25,462 bases of DNA from positions 1-25,462 of the forward strand of contig JAITBP010000008.1 in the NCBI GenBank assembly GCA_031283585.1. Reading direction: 5' to 3'. The stretch is from Puniceicoccales bacterium (GTDB taxonomy: Bacteria > Verrucomicrobiota > Verrucomicrobiia > Opitutales > LL51). The notes below the pieces were generated by a model, which was given only the letters and a program-made list of their open reading frames with translations, did not search any database and had not been told where the DNA came from. Position 1 is the first letter of the stretch, and every line of letters starts with the position of its first letter. Below, piece after piece: positions 1-9,145 of this stretch. The position numbers were made by a program, and so were the translations under genes.

Positions 1-711
1 TGTTTCCATCGGACCAGATTCCCTTACTGTTCTGATTTTGGTTTCTATTGCATTACATATATTAGTGAATGGGGTACCAACCTCGATAGCCATTTTGTAT
101 GCATTTTCAAAGAGATCAACATTTTCCTTGGTCACTACTCCGCATTCCGGTGTAGAGAGCTTTTCAAAAACCTTTAACCAGGGCAGATATACATCACCGT
201 ATACTTTACACCAAACCTCATATACACTAGAGCACTCAAATATATAACACAACATATCGGTCAGCCTATGCTTCAATTCTTCTTGACTATTATATAAATT
301 GCCCACATTGTTACACATCCAGTCTGATATGTTTATAATCTTGCTGATATCAGGGTTAAGGATGTAGGTAAACCCTAGAAATTTTGGCACTTGACAGAAA
401 AGATTTTTCAGGCTGTAAAAGAATAAAGTGGGAATATCCACGTATTCATAACAACAGATGTTAAAAGCGCTAGTATACATGTGGTTACCAGAACAAAACC
501 AATTTGCGTTTTTGTAGTCTTTAATAAAACGCAAGCTATTGTCACGACAAATTTTACAGAAATTATGCCAAGTTATATAATTACCCTTACAATCAACCCA
601 GGATTCGTCTCTTACAGCTTTTAACCAATCTTGCCAATGGTCAGCACTCAAAGAATTAAACACTGACATGGCCATAAACAACAATACACATTTTCTACTA
701 TTATTACCCAT
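1..711 (-). CDS. Hypothetical secreted Cys/Trp-rich protein, 3' end truncated by window edge
   Basis: The minus-strand frame is open from the ATG (complement of 709..711) to position 1, 237 codons with no stop. It is absent from the ORF track because it has no stop in the window. The translation starts MGNNSRKCVLLFMAMSVFNSLSA/DHWQDWLKAV..., a signal-peptide-like N-terminus. The rest is rich in Cys and Trp (e.g. CKGNYITWHNFCKICRDN, NWFCSGNHMYTSAFNICCYEY). No family recognised. Confidence 0.5.
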   Translation of the reverse strand, partial: MGNNSRKCVLLFMAMSVFNSLSADHWQDWLKAVRDESWVDCKGNYITWHNFCKICRDNSLRFIKDYKNANWFCSGNHMYTSAFNICCYEYVDIPTLFFYSLKNLFCQVPKFLGFTYILNPDISKIINISDWMCNNVGNLYNSQEELKHRLTDMLCYIFECSSVYEVWCKVYGDVYLPWLKVFEKLSTPECGVVTKENVDLFENAYKMAIEVGTPFTNICNAIETKIRTVRESGPMET

Positions 712-768
712 GTCGTTGACTATGATAGGATTATATTTTTTACAACATTTTAATAAATTATTTAATGC

Positions 769-845
769 TGGTGGGCGGCACAGGACTCGAACCTGCGACC
801 TACTGGGTGTAAACCAGGCGCTCTAACCAACTGAGCTAGCCGCCC
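769..845 (-). tRNA. tRNA-Val (anticodon UAC), CCA encoded
   Basis: The reverse complement reads GGGCGGC-TA-GCTC..GAGC-G-CCTGG-TTTACAC-CCAGT-..-GCAGG-TTCGAGT-CCTGT-GCCGCCC-A-CCA. It has a 7-bp acceptor stem, a TTCGA T-loop and anticodon loop T-T-TAC-A-C. Confidence 0.9.
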
Positions 846-904
846 CTAACCATATGATTCAAACCTACGCGATTATAAAACAAGAATAACTAGGCGAATA
901 ATAT

Positions 905-980
<76 letters not shown>

Positions 981-1017
981 ATCCATAATGCCGGTAGTAC
1001 TAATTTCACCAGGCAAC

Positions 1018-1045
1018 TTGACAAGACTTTTCTTAGTTACATAAT
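1018..1045 (+). promoter_or_regulatory. Sigma-70-like promoter TTGACA-N16-CATAAT upstream of ORF 1066..1485
   Basis: TTGACA lies at 1018..1023 and CATAAT at 1040..1045, 16 nt apart and about 20 nt upstream of the ATG at 1066. Motif match only. Confidence 0.35.
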
Positions 1046-1065
1046 TAGGTTAATGTTATTTTATT

Positions 1066-1485
1066 ATGTTTCATTTAGCTAAAACCAATGTCTCTTTGGC
1101 CCTATTGCTGCATCTATATGTTGCATCACAACTAAATGCAAATCCTAAGGCCGTTGTTCTTAAAAACAAAAAACAAGAAAAATCCTACGCTCATGAAGCC
1201 TACAAATTGGATGAAAAATATGATTCGCTATTTTCGTTTGATCATCCTAAGCCGTTAGAAATCATCACAACACATAACAACGATGATCGCCAATACCAAA
1301 CCCCAGGCATGCTTGGGCTTGGCGTTCTCGGTGAAAAAGATAGCGGCGGATTTACTATAATAAACATATCATCGGAAGCAGACAACAGCACTAAATACAA
1401 CGTCGAAGCGATCAAACCCGATGATCCAAATGCCATTATAAATCGCTCATACAGTGACAAAGATCCCAACCACTATCATCCATAA
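1066..1485 (+). CDS. Hypothetical small secreted protein
   Basis: 139-aa ORF with a signal-peptide-like N-terminus (MFHLAKTNVSLALLLHLYVASQLNA/NPK). The remainder is polar and charged, and no family is recognised. A promoter-like motif lies upstream. Confidence 0.4.
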   Translation: MFHLAKTNVSLALLLHLYVASQLNANPKAVVLKNKKQEKSYAHEAYKLDEKYDSLFSFDHPKPLEIITTHNNDDRQYQTPGMLGLGVLGEKDSGGFTIINISSEADNSTKYNVEAIKPDDPNAIINRSYSDKDPNHYHP

Positions 1486-1565
1486 ATCATCGAGACCTGG
1501 AAAGTTGGAACCCATTGCGCCTAATTTTGGTTGCCTTTTCCAATGACCTAATTAGGTTCCTGCCA

Positions 1566-2669
1566 ATGTTGAAAGCTGGTATAGTGGGGTTACCGAATGT
1601 GGGTAAAAGTACCCTATTCAATGCATTAACTCGTTCCAGAAAAGCATCTGCAGAAAACTATCCTTTTTGTACCATAGAGCCGAACCTGGGCATTGTAGAA
1701 TTACCAGACGATAGACTAGCCAAACTCGCCCAAATAGTAAAAACAAACAAAATTGTCCCAGCAACGGTGGAATTTGTGGATATAGCCGGACTGGTAGCAG
1801 GGGCAAGCCAGGGCGAAGGACTTGGCAACAAATTCCTAGCAAACATCCGCGAAGTTGACGCCATTGTCCATCTGGTGAGATGTTTTGAAGACACTGATAT
1901 TGTGCATCATATGGGTAAGATTAACCCGCTGCGAGACATAGAAGTAATAAATACCGAGCTGATCCTGGCCGATCTCCAGTCCATAGATAACCAAATACAA
2001 AAAAATACCAAAAAAGCAAAAAGTGGAGACAAAGATGCTCAAAATTCAATCGAACTACTCCGGGACCTACATAACCATCTAAACGATGGAAATATGGCCA
2101 ATAGTTTTTCGGTTAAAAAAGAAGATGAGCCCAGGCTGAAATCATTTAATCTGCTTACAAATAAACCAATGATATATGCCGGAAATGTTTCCGAAAATGG
2201 ACTTACAGATTCCAGTTGCCAAAAACACATCTCGGCGATCGAACAATATGTTTCTGGCCAAACCCAAGCCAAAAGCTGCCTGATCTGTGCCCAACTGGAG
2301 TCAGATCTCCTGGATTTCTCACCGATGGATGCAGCCAACTATTTAAATGACCTGGCCATGAAAGATACAGGTGTATCAGCCCTGATAAGGTTAACCTATG
2401 ATTTGCTTGGTCTAGCTTCGTACTTTACAGCCGGAGAACCCGAAGTACATGCCTGGACATTCAAAAAAGGCATGAAAGCCCCTCAATGTGCTGGAATCAT
2501 ACATGGAGACTTCGAAAAAGGATTCATAAAAGCGGAAGTTGTTAGCTACGATGATCTGATCGCCAGTGGTAGCTACGCCGCCGCAAAGGAATATGGTAAA
2601 TACAGGCTTGAAGGCAAGGACTATGAATTTTGTGACGGCGATGTCGCAATCTTCAGGTTCAATGTATGA
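1566..2669 (+). CDS. ychF: Ribosome-binding ATPase YchF (Obg-like GTPase family)
   Basis: MLKAGIVGLPNVGKSTLFNALT is a P-loop at the extreme N-terminus, as in YchF. Also present are FCTIEPN, VEFVDIAGLV..AS.GEGLGNKFL, and the C-terminal AWTF..G..APQ.AG.IH.DFE.GFI.AEV TGS-type domain. I place the start at ATG 1566. The track start at 1515 is a TTG adding 17 non-conserved residues. Confidence 0.9.
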   Translation: MLKAGIVGLPNVGKSTLFNALTRSRKASAENYPFCTIEPNLGIVELPDDRLAKLAQIVKTNKIVPATVEFVDIAGLVAGASQGEGLGNKFLANIREVDAIVHLVRCFEDTDIVHHMGKINPLRDIEVINTELILADLQSIDNQIQKNTKKAKSGDKDAQNSIELLRDLHNHLNDGNMANSFSVKKEDEPRLKSFNLLTNKPMIYAGNVSENGLTDSSCQKHISAIEQYVSGQTQAKSCLICAQLESDLLDFSPMDAANYLNDLAMKDTGVSALIRLTYDLLGLASYFTAGEPEVHAWTFKKGMKAPQCAGIIHGDFEKGFIKAEVVSYDDLIASGSYAAAKEYGKYRLEGKDYEFCDGDVAIFRFNV

Positions 2670-3805
2670 TGAAGATTCTATTCGAAGACCCTAAAACACC
2701 GGTGGATCTGCTAGTCATAGCCGGCGAACATTCAGGCGATGAACATGCAGCCAGCATTGTGTCAAAGATATTGAAAAAAAACAACCATATCAATGTCTAT
2801 GCCATCGGTGGTACTAAACTACAGGAATCTGGAGCTAAATTATTATTCAATCTAACAGAATTTTCAGTGGTCGGATTACTGGAAGTAACGAAACATATCC
2901 TGATATTTCGTAAGCTATTACAGGTGACCGTCGACTGGATCAAAAAAAATAAACCAAAAGTCCTGTGCCTGGTCGATTACCCTGGGTTTAACCTGAGGTT
3001 AGCCAGTATATTATATAAAAAAAAATTAAGCCGTAAAGCTGGAGGTGATTTATTCATATATTACTACATCGGACCACAAATCTGGGCCTGGAAAGCAAAA
3101 CGTCGATTTATGATGGCCAAGACCATCGATTCTCTGGGTGTAATTTTTCCATTCGAGGTTGACTGTTACAGCGACACAGACCTGGATGTGCATTTTGTTG
3201 GACACCCATTTTTAGAAGATGGCTATAATCTTGGAATCAAATTTTGTCCATCGGCACCTATGTTGTTATTGCCTGGCAGTAGAATTGCCGCCGTAAAACG
3301 CATTTTCCCAATAATATTAAATCTATTCAAATCTGCCACGGCTCAAAATACAAAGGCAATTGTCCTATATCCTAACGAAACAATTCTGCAAATCCTGTGC
3401 AAACACATCGTAAATCATCACCTAGAATCCAGAATAAGCCTTGTGTCAGCCGGCACTGATATCGTAGTTAGTTCAGCTATAATGAGTTCTGGCACAATGT
3501 CACTGAAATGTGCTCTGGCAGGGCTACCCGGCATAATAGTATATAAATCCAACCCTATTACATATTTTGTAGGACGTAGACTGGTAAAAATAAAATACCT
3601 TGGCATAGCCAATATATTGCTCAACGAAGATGCCATCCCAGAATTTATCCAAAGCCGTTTTGCCGATGCAATACCCTATGTATCCAGATTATGCAACGAA
3701 TCAACCATCGAACATGCCAAAATTAATAGCCTAAAAATAAGAAAATTACTCTGTAAAACCTCAAATAGCATGGCGGAAGACAAAGTTATTGAGAAAATAT
3801 TTTAA
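2666..3805 (+). CDS. lpxB: Lipid-A-disaccharide synthase
   Basis: The N-terminal IAGEHSGDEHAA motif is present, along with DYPGFNLRLA, GPQIWAWKAKR and PGSR, at the typical length of about 380 aa. The ATG overlaps the ychF TGA (ATGA at 2666..2669), which suggests translational coupling. Confidence 0.85.
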   Translation: MMKILFEDPKTPVDLLVIAGEHSGDEHAASIVSKILKKNNHINVYAIGGTKLQESGAKLLFNLTEFSVVGLLEVTKHILIFRKLLQVTVDWIKKNKPKVLCLVDYPGFNLRLASILYKKKLSRKAGGDLFIYYYIGPQIWAWKAKRRFMMAKTIDSLGVIFPFEVDCYSDTDLDVHFVGHPFLEDGYNLGIKFCPSAPMLLLPGSRIAAVKRIFPIILNLFKSATAQNTKAIVLYPNETILQILCKHIVNHHLESRISLVSAGTDIVVSSAIMSSGTMSLKCALAGLPGIIVYKSNPITYFVGRRLVKIKYLGIANILLNEDAIPEFIQSRFADAIPYVSRLCNESTIEHAKINSLKIRKLLCKTSNSMAEDKVIEKIF

Positions 3806-3865
3806 TTAAGTAATGTCAATAAATAACACAAAAATTGGACCATAAATTATTTTTTTGTTAATAAT

Positions 3866-3894
3866 TTGTTAATATTGCTTGCATTAATTATAAT
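3866..3894 (+). promoter_or_regulatory. Sigma-70-like promoter TTGTTA-N17-TATAAT upstream of the HU/IHF gene
   Basis: TTGTTA is at 3866..3871 and a perfect TATAAT at 3889..3894, with 17-nt spacing, in a very AT-rich 130-bp intergenic region. This is about 40 nt upstream of ATG 3936. Confidence 0.4.
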
Positions 3895-3935
3895 TCTAAA
3901 GATAATTATATAAAGTTTGTTATTGGAATTTAGAG

Positions 3936-4256
3936 ATGGGGAAAAATTTTACTAAAAAAGAATTATCCGACAGTCTACACACTGGGTTTGGATTAGCACA
4001 AAGACAGGCCAAGAAAATTGTTCACTCGATTTTTGAATTGTTAGCTGGTGCATTAAAAGCTAAGCGTAATGTTGAAATTCGTGATTTTGGTGTATTTCAA
4101 CTAGCCATCAGGAAACGTCGCGTTGGAAGAAATCCAAATAAACCGGAAAAAGATGTGATGATACCAGAACGTGTAATCGTCAAGTTCAAATGTGGCAAAG
4201 AGTTACGTGAGCACGTAGAAAAAATACCGCCTTCGCATATAAAAAATAAAAAATAA
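3936..4256 (+). CDS. HU/IHF-family nucleoid-associated DNA-binding protein
   Basis: 106 aa. The motif RDFGVFQLAIRKRRVGRNPNKPEKDVMIPERVIVKFKCGKEL matches the HU/IHF beta-arm signature (R.FG.F....R..R.GRNP.T......IP....V.FK.GK). Confidence 0.85.
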   Translation: MGKNFTKKELSDSLHTGFGLAQRQAKKIVHSIFELLAGALKAKRNVEIRDFGVFQLAIRKRRVGRNPNKPEKDVMIPERVIVKFKCGKELREHVEKIPPSHIKNKK

Positions 4257-4409
4257 AAACCTGCCCCCTGGTCTTGGATATCTATCGCGTAGGCATCCAC
4301 AAAGTTATATTTGCGACTGAATCTGTTGCTGTAATCAAAATTTTCTAGGATCAAATGCAATCTGTCTTGTAACTCCGATAGATAATTACATAGGTAATGT
4401 CACAGAGCT

Positions 4410-5258
4410 ATGACATTGGATTCTCAACAAAAAACAAACAATCCTGCGGTAGATCAGGAAAAATCAGGTCTATTTTCTTCAATTATATGCTGTAAAGATA
4501 GACACATTGAGCTGGTAATTACGCTATTATCTTTTATCGGAGAAACCAGCCTATCGCTAATAAAATTACTAAGATTTCAGCTAAAACTACGTAAAAACGA
4601 TTTCCAGCAGTTGATTCAACATACCGGTGTCGACGCACTCCCCATTGTGGTGTTGATAAGTTTCCTGGTAGGGCTCATCATATCCTTTATCAGTATCATA
4701 CAACTAAGAGCCTTTGGTGCAAGCATATACGTAGCCGATCTCGTCGGCCTAGCTATGACCAGAGAAATGGGTTGTTTGATGGTCGGCGTCATAATGTCTG
4801 GCAGAACCGGCGCAGCGTTTGCTGCAACCCTAGGGAGCATGAATGTAAACGAAGAACTCGATGCATTAAAAACCTTTGGTATTTCCGTCATAGATTTTCT
4901 AGTGACACCAAGGATTATAGCAATAACACTTATGATGCCATTTCTATGTATATTTGCCGATTTTTTTGGTATAATTGGTGGCCTGGCCGCTGCGCTGCCA
5001 TCCATGGATGTAACCATAACGCAATATATCATACAAACCCAGAACTCTGTATCTGTGCATGACATATTTGTTGGCATAGTAAAATGCAGTGTTTTTGGAA
5101 TAATAATCTCTGCCACCGGATGTTTTCATGGCATCAACTGTGATCGGGATGCGTCATCGGTGGGAGTTGCAGCCACATCCGCGGTGGTATCTAGCATAAC
5201 ATTGATCATAATCGCCGACGCCATATTTGCCGTATTGCTTTCCATGTTTGGCATATAA
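4410..5258 (+). CDS. mlaE: MlaE/YrbE-family ABC transporter permease (phospholipid/lipid trafficking)
   Basis: 282-aa polytopic protein. Motifs GVDALPIVVLISFLVGLI, LVGLAMTREMGCLMVGVIMSGRTGAAFAATLGSMNVNEELDALKTFGI and VTPRIIA are characteristic of the MlaE family. Confidence 0.8.
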   Translation: MTLDSQQKTNNPAVDQEKSGLFSSIICCKDRHIELVITLLSFIGETSLSLIKLLRFQLKLRKNDFQQLIQHTGVDALPIVVLISFLVGLIISFISIIQLRAFGASIYVADLVGLAMTREMGCLMVGVIMSGRTGAAFAATLGSMNVNEELDALKTFGISVIDFLVTPRIIAITLMMPFLCIFADFFGIIGGLAAALPSMDVTITQYIIQTQNSVSVHDIFVGIVKCSVFGIIISATGCFHGINCDRDASSVGVAATSAVVSSITLIIIADAIFAVLLSMFGI

Positions 5259-5265
5259 AAGAATG

Positions 5266-5757
5266 CTAGGATTTATCAACCCAAAGATAACTTTTCTTAA
5301 CCACAAGCGGTTCTCCGGTTTCGGAGTATATCACAATTTTCCAAGCGGTTAAATTATTACGAATACTACAATCGTCTGAAATTTTGAAATATATTTCATT
5401 CAATCGTTCATCAAACTCACGATTAATATCCGAACTATATACTTCCTCATTCTTATCTTCCGAAGCAAATAAACATCTTATCTCTATCCATGCTCCCGGC
5501 GGCAAATTTTTGACCTTCGCGTCCAAGCCAATCACGAAATATAGGCCACCCTTATCACAATCCTTTGGCAAAACACACAAATGATCATTGTACTTTGATT
5601 TCGTGAAAATATCACTAAATCTAACAAAATCGCCCTTACTCTTTTCTTTTATTAAAACATATTTGATTTTTGCATTATTGCAGACAAGCGTCTCACGATA
5701 ACTGCAGGAACACATCAAAGCTGATAATGCAACAATTATAATTTTTTTTAGCATCAT
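5266..5757 (-). CDS. Hypothetical exported protein, possible lipoprotein
   Basis: The ORF is 5266..5811 in the track. Internal ATG-ATG at 5757/5754 gives MMLKKIIIVALSALMCSCSY, a signal peptide with a Cys-containing lipobox-like end. The upstream extension starts at a TTG and is not signal-like. No family recognised. Confidence 0.5.
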   Translation of the reverse strand: MMLKKIIIVALSALMCSCSYRETLVCNNAKIKYVLIKEKSKGDFVRFSDIFTKSKYNDHLCVLPKDCDKGGLYFVIGLDAKVKNLPPGAWIEIRCLFASEDKNEEVYSSDINREFDERLNEIYFKISDDCSIRNNLTAWKIVIYSETGEPLVVKKSYLWVDKS

Positions 5758-5861
5758 TCGCAATTGTATATACTTCGACCAAAAAGACAATTCTATGTTT
5801 AGGCCCTGCAATTTATATTTTAAAAATTGCCTTAGGCTTACGGTTTGATACTTAGTTTACC

Positions 5862-6338
5862 ATGCAAAATCTAAATGCTTTTGGGCGTGCAGCCTACGTG
5901 GAAACCAAAAAGGAATCTGATGCTAATCCATTTCTTACAATACCGACCATTGAGGATGAAAAAAGTGTCCTATTGCTTAAGAAAAGTAATTTTTGTTATA
6001 TGATGCTTAATAAATTTCCGTATAATGCTGGCCATTTACTCATTATGCCATTTAGAGAAGTCAATCGACTTGATTTGCTATCGGCTGAAGAACGTACAGA
6101 TATCATCGAAATGGTAACGCTAGGCCAGGTAATTTTACAAAAAGCTCTGGCTCCAGATGGGTTTAATATAGGGTTCAATCTTGGTGCTGCTGCCGGAGCC
6201 GGCATTCCACAACATCTTCATTGCCATGTGGTTCCTCGATGGATCGGTGACACGAACTTTATGACTATCCTGGGAGAAACAAGAATTATCAATCAATCCC
6301 CGGAAGAAATGTGGTCAAGATTAAAAAAATTCATATAA
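5862..6338 (+). CDS. HIT-family protein, Ap4A phosphorylase / ATP adenylyltransferase-like
   Basis: The histidine triad HLHCHVVPRW is followed by GDTNFMT. Upstream, NKFPYNAGHLLIMPFREV resembles the Rv2613c-type HIT branch (from memory). Confidence 0.8.
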   Translation: MQNLNAFGRAAYVETKKESDANPFLTIPTIEDEKSVLLLKKSNFCYMMLNKFPYNAGHLLIMPFREVNRLDLLSAEERTDIIEMVTLGQVILQKALAPDGFNIGFNLGAAAGAGIPQHLHCHVVPRWIGDTNFMTILGETRIINQSPEEMWSRLKKFI

Positions 6339-6348
6339 TAACACTGTT

Positions 6349-7095
6349 ATGGGAAAATATATAATAGCTGGCAATTGGAAAATGAATAAGTCCAAAGCCG
6401 AAAGTGAGTCACTATGCAACAGCATTTCTAAATCGATACCTGACCTTGCCAACACCGAAGTGATTGTATGTCCACCATTCACATCGCTGGACATTGCAGC
6501 TTCAATTCTGCAAAAAAAAATACATCTAGGTGCCCAGAACCTATACCCTCAACCATCCGGTGCATTCACTGGAGAAATCTCTCCATCAATGATTTATGAC
6601 ATGGGAGCCAGATATGTTATCCTCGGCCATAGTGAGCGACGTGCCATTTTCAATGAATCGAATCAGTTTATCAATGCAAAAATAATTGCTGCCCTCGAAC
6701 ATAATCTGACACCGATAATTTGCGTTGGGGAAACAGAAAAAGAAAGGGAAACCAATATTACAACCGAAATAATATCTTCCCAAATAGAAGAAGGCCTTCA
6801 GGGCATCCATGACCCAAATATTATCCTGGCCTACGAACCGGTCTGGGCCATTGGCACTGGCAAAACGGCTACACCAAAGATAGCCCAGGAAGTCCACTCG
6901 CTAATCCGGAAGCTTTTGATAGAAAAATTCGGTCCTTCGGGGAAAATAATCAAAATTCTATACGGTGGATCGATGAAACCTGAAAATGCCAGAGATCTTC
7001 TGTTAGAAGATGATATAGACGGTGGATTGATCGGTGGAGCTTCGCTAAAAGCTGAGACATTCATCGAGCTTATAAAGATCGCTGATGCCATTTAA
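6349..7095 (+). CDS. tpiA: Triosephosphate isomerase
   Basis: Contains AGNWKMN, ILGHSERR, ICVGE and AYEPVWAIGTGKTAT (catalytic Glu loop), plus YGGS. Length 248 aa. Confidence 0.95.
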   Translation: MGKYIIAGNWKMNKSKAESESLCNSISKSIPDLANTEVIVCPPFTSLDIAASILQKKIHLGAQNLYPQPSGAFTGEISPSMIYDMGARYVILGHSERRAIFNESNQFINAKIIAALEHNLTPIICVGETEKERETNITTEIISSQIEEGLQGIHDPNIILAYEPVWAIGTGKTATPKIAQEVHSLIRKLLIEKFGPSGKIIKILYGGSMKPENARDLLLEDDIDGGLIGGASLKAETFIELIKIADAI

Positions 7096-7159
7096 TTAAG
7101 AATCAGCCATATGCGACTTGAAAATTTATCCATAACATCAACCTTGTTCATGGTATATC

Positions 7160-9040
7160 ATGCACAGGTTACTTGACAGTATAACTTCGCCATCTGAACT
7201 AAAGTCGTTAAATACTAAACAATTAGGTCAGCTTGCCTTTGAGATAAGGGAAAAAATATTAGAAACCACAAAAAAAAATGGAGGACACCTGGCATCGAAT
7301 CTTGGAGTGGTAGAATTAACCATAGCACTCCATAAAGTATTCGATTCTCCAAAAGATCAAATAGTCTTCGATGTATCCCATCAATGCTACGCCCATAAGC
7401 TACTAACCGGCAGAAACGATGATAATTTTCTTAAAATAAGGCAAAGCCATGGCTATTCAGGGTTCTGCTCTAGGGCTGAAAGTGACCATGACATATTCAC
7501 CTGTGGCCATTCAGGAACGGCTCTTTCTTCAGCCATTGGCCTAGCCGTTGCAAAAAAAATAAACAACGACAATAGCCATGTTATAGCTGTCCTGGGCGAT
7601 GCATCCCTGACCAATGGAATAACTTTGGAAGGGCTTAATAATATTTCTCTAGCAGCCGGAACAATCATTGTTGTGCTCAATGATAACGGCTATGCCATAA
7701 CAGAAAACGTCGGAGCCATCGCCAATTACCTAAATGGTATGATGCGCAGTCGATGCTACCTAAAGCTAAAAAGCCTAATAAAATCCCTATTCAGAGCGTT
7801 CCCAGGCGGAGATTCAATGGTATGCTGGTTTGCCAAAATGAAGAGGATGATCAAAGGTCTGATAATACCATCAACACTGTTTGAACACTACGGGCTGAAG
7901 TATCTCGGACCCGTAGACGGCCATAGCATTCCCGATATCATAGAAAATCTGGAGTTTTGTAAAGACGCTAAGGCTCCTATACTGCTACATGTAAAGACGC
8001 AAAAGGGCCGTGGGCTGCAACAGGCCATCGATAATCCCAGAGATTTTCATGGTCTATCGCCGGCCGGCTCGGCCATATCTAGCCCTAAACATAAACACAA
8101 ACATGAAACCTCCTATCAAGAAATTTTTGGACTAGCGGCTATCAAATTGGCAGAAAATAACAAAAACATTGTGGCCATCACAGCCGCCATGTCCACCGGC
8201 ACGTCACTGGACAAGTTCAAGGATAAATTTCCGGACAGGTTTTTTGATGTTGGGATAGCCGAGGAACACGCGATTACCTTCTCGGCTGGACTATCCAGAA
8301 ATGGCCTATTCCCAATCTGTGCCATATACTCAACATTCCTACAAAGGTCGCTGGACAATATCATCCATGACATCGCGCTGCAAAACCTTCCGATCCTATG
8401 TTGCATAGACCGAGCAGGCCCCAGTCCAACCGATGGACCAACCCACCATGGATTATTCGATATTTCCTACTTAAAATTCATACCAGGTATTGTACTGATG
8501 CAGCCAAAAGACGGCAACGAATTGATACAAATGATGTTTTCGGCCATTAAATGGAACAAACCTTGCTTTATACGCTATCCAAAGGCCGAACTGGATGCCT
8601 TCGAGATAAATTGGCACCCAGATGCTATGGATTTCGGCACAGCAGAGGTAATCAGACGCGGAACTGACGTTTGCCTAATATCACTTGGCAGTATGTACAA
8701 TATGGCATTGGCCATACATGAAAATCTTCGCCGATCGAATATCTCCTGTACCATCGTCAATGCGAGATTTGCAAACCCCATCGACGAGACATTAATTCTC
8801 GAGATGGCCAGGAAACATTCTCTGATCCTGACCCTTGAAGATCATGCAGTAAAAGATGGCTTCGGTTCATCCATTGCCGAACTTCTACACATAAAAGGAA
8901 TACACACGGCCATAAAGATCTTCGGCTGGCCAAGCAAATTCCTGGACCATGCCACGTCGATAGAATCACTGGCTAGTAAATATTCAATTAGTTCCGACGC
9001 CATAGCCAATGAGGTGAAAAAATTTCTATCGACTAAATAG
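7160..9040 (+). CDS. dxs: 1-deoxy-D-xylulose-5-phosphate synthase
   Basis: Contains LLDSI.SP.ELK.L...QL..LA.EIR, GGHLASNLGVVELT.ALH, DV.HQ.Y.HK.LTGR, the GDAS.TNG ThDP motif and DVGIAEEHA. Length 626 aa. Confidence 0.95.
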   Translation: MHRLLDSITSPSELKSLNTKQLGQLAFEIREKILETTKKNGGHLASNLGVVELTIALHKVFDSPKDQIVFDVSHQCYAHKLLTGRNDDNFLKIRQSHGYSGFCSRAESDHDIFTCGHSGTALSSAIGLAVAKKINNDNSHVIAVLGDASLTNGITLEGLNNISLAAGTIIVVLNDNGYAITENVGAIANYLNGMMRSRCYLKLKSLIKSLFRAFPGGDSMVCWFAKMKRMIKGLIIPSTLFEHYGLKYLGPVDGHSIPDIIENLEFCKDAKAPILLHVKTQKGRGLQQAIDNPRDFHGLSPAGSAISSPKHKHKHETSYQEIFGLAAIKLAENNKNIVAITAAMSTGTSLDKFKDKFPDRFFDVGIAEEHAITFSAGLSRNGLFPICAIYSTFLQRSLDNIIHDIALQNLPILCCIDRAGPSPTDGPTHHGLFDISYLKFIPGIVLMQPKDGNELIQMMFSAIKWNKPCFIRYPKAELDAFEINWHPDAMDFGTAEVIRRGTDVCLISLGSMYNMALAIHENLRRSNISCTIVNARFANPIDETLILEMARKHSLILTLEDHAVKDGFGSSIAELLHIKGIHTAIKIFGWPSKFLDHATSIESLASKYSISSDAIANEVKKFLSTK

Positions 9041-9079
9041 TTATGTTATTGACACCAAGGAACTAATAACAGGCACCCT

Positions 9080-9088
9080 TGTTATAAT
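9080..9088 (+). promoter_or_regulatory. Extended -10 element TGTTATAAT upstream of glgP
   Basis: TGn-TATAAT lies at 9080..9088, about 57 nt upstream of ATG 9146. No good -35 is present. Motif match only. Confidence 0.25.
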
Positions 9089-9145
9089 TATTTTCATTGG
9101 CAAATTCATAAAAATTAATATGCTTAGGTTGTTAGTTTCGGGTAA

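Noticed and set aside
38-247. 69-aa plus-strand ORF at the left edge
   Set aside because: It lies entirely inside, and antisense to, the longer minus-strand frame 1..711, which has a signal peptide and start context. It is most likely a shadow ORF.
1515-1565. 17-codon N-terminal extension of ychF from a TTG
   Set aside because: YchF proteins begin a few residues before the P-loop. ATG 1566 gives MLKAGIVGLPNVGKS, while the extension has no conserved or functional features.
4257-4300. Possible terminator after the HU/IHF gene (aaaaacctgccccctggtc)
   Set aside because: There is no self-complementary stem followed by a T-tract. I could not fold a convincing intrinsic terminator by eye.
4616-5116. 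166-aa minus-strand ORF, and the 96-aa plus-strand out-of-frame ORF 4772..5062
   Set aside because: Both lie inside mlaE, whose frame carries clear family motifs. They are antisense or alternate-frame shadows typical of AT-rich coding DNA.
5758-5811. 18-codon N-terminal extension (TTG start) of the exported protein gene
   Set aside because: The internal MMLKKIIIVALSALMCSC is a typical signal peptide. The extension would bury it.
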